From assembly GCA_002269645.1 (NCBI GenBank), contig NIVC01002615.1:60033-124032 (forward strand): a DNA stretch of 64,000 nt, read 5' to 3'. Positions 63,880-64,000 of this stretch are shown here, piece by piece (the first letter of the stretch is position 1; every line of letters begins with the position of its first letter). The translations under genes were made by a program, and so were the position numbers. Origin of the DNA: Macrostomum lignano. Lineage: Eukaryota. The notes below the pieces were generated by a model. That model saw only the letters and a list, made by a program, of their open reading frames with translations, searched no databases and was not told the DNA's origin.

Positions 63880-64000
63880 TTTCTGCTTTCCTCTCTTACT
63901 TTCCGCTCACTACTTTCCGGTCTCTCTCCTCTCTCTACTTTCCGCTCACTACTTTCCGGTCTCTGCTCTCTCTCTCCAATCCCCCTCTCTCTACTCTCCG
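63880..64000. repeat. Start of a CT-rich repeat at the window edge (CTACTTTCCGCTCACTACTTTCCGGTCTCT)
   Basis: Two copies visible; truncated by the window end. Confidence 0.7.

Overview
Repeat-rich eukaryotic (metazoan) genomic DNA. Short GT-AG introns, poly-Gln/poly-Ala exons and a different minisatellite in almost every large intron are reminiscent of an invertebrate such as the flatworm Macrostomum; this is inference, not provable from the window. Four genes are well supported. (1) A minus-strand PRDM-type transcription factor with a degenerate PR/SET domain, five C2H2 fingers and a poly-Q tail (exons 20231-19400, 19304-18969, 11740-11004). (2) A minus-strand ~1690-aa type I membrane mosaic protein: signal peptide, EGF-like, ~6 WSC-like modules, EGF, TSP1, TM (37422-27730), with one apparent homopolymer frameshift. 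(3) An intronless four-EF-hand calmodulin-like gene (40737-41135). (4) A divergent nine-cysteine TGF-beta/activin-class ligand (55808-57812). A fifth, plus-strand multi-exon gene of unknown function can be assembled from phase-compatible exons at 3578-9732. The most striking non-coding structure is a 4.8-kb foldback-like element (13245-18059) inside the PRDM intron: ~22 near-identical 161-bp units, a 570-bp spacer, then ~4.5 inverted units. Other mobile DNA: a young P-like MITE with an 8-bp TSD, hAT-like MITEs that appear to seed minisatellites, CCATAGACT-terminated elements and a 5'-truncated LINE with a 16-bp TSD. About 25 tandem arrays are present. No rRNA, tRNA or CRISPR array was recognised.
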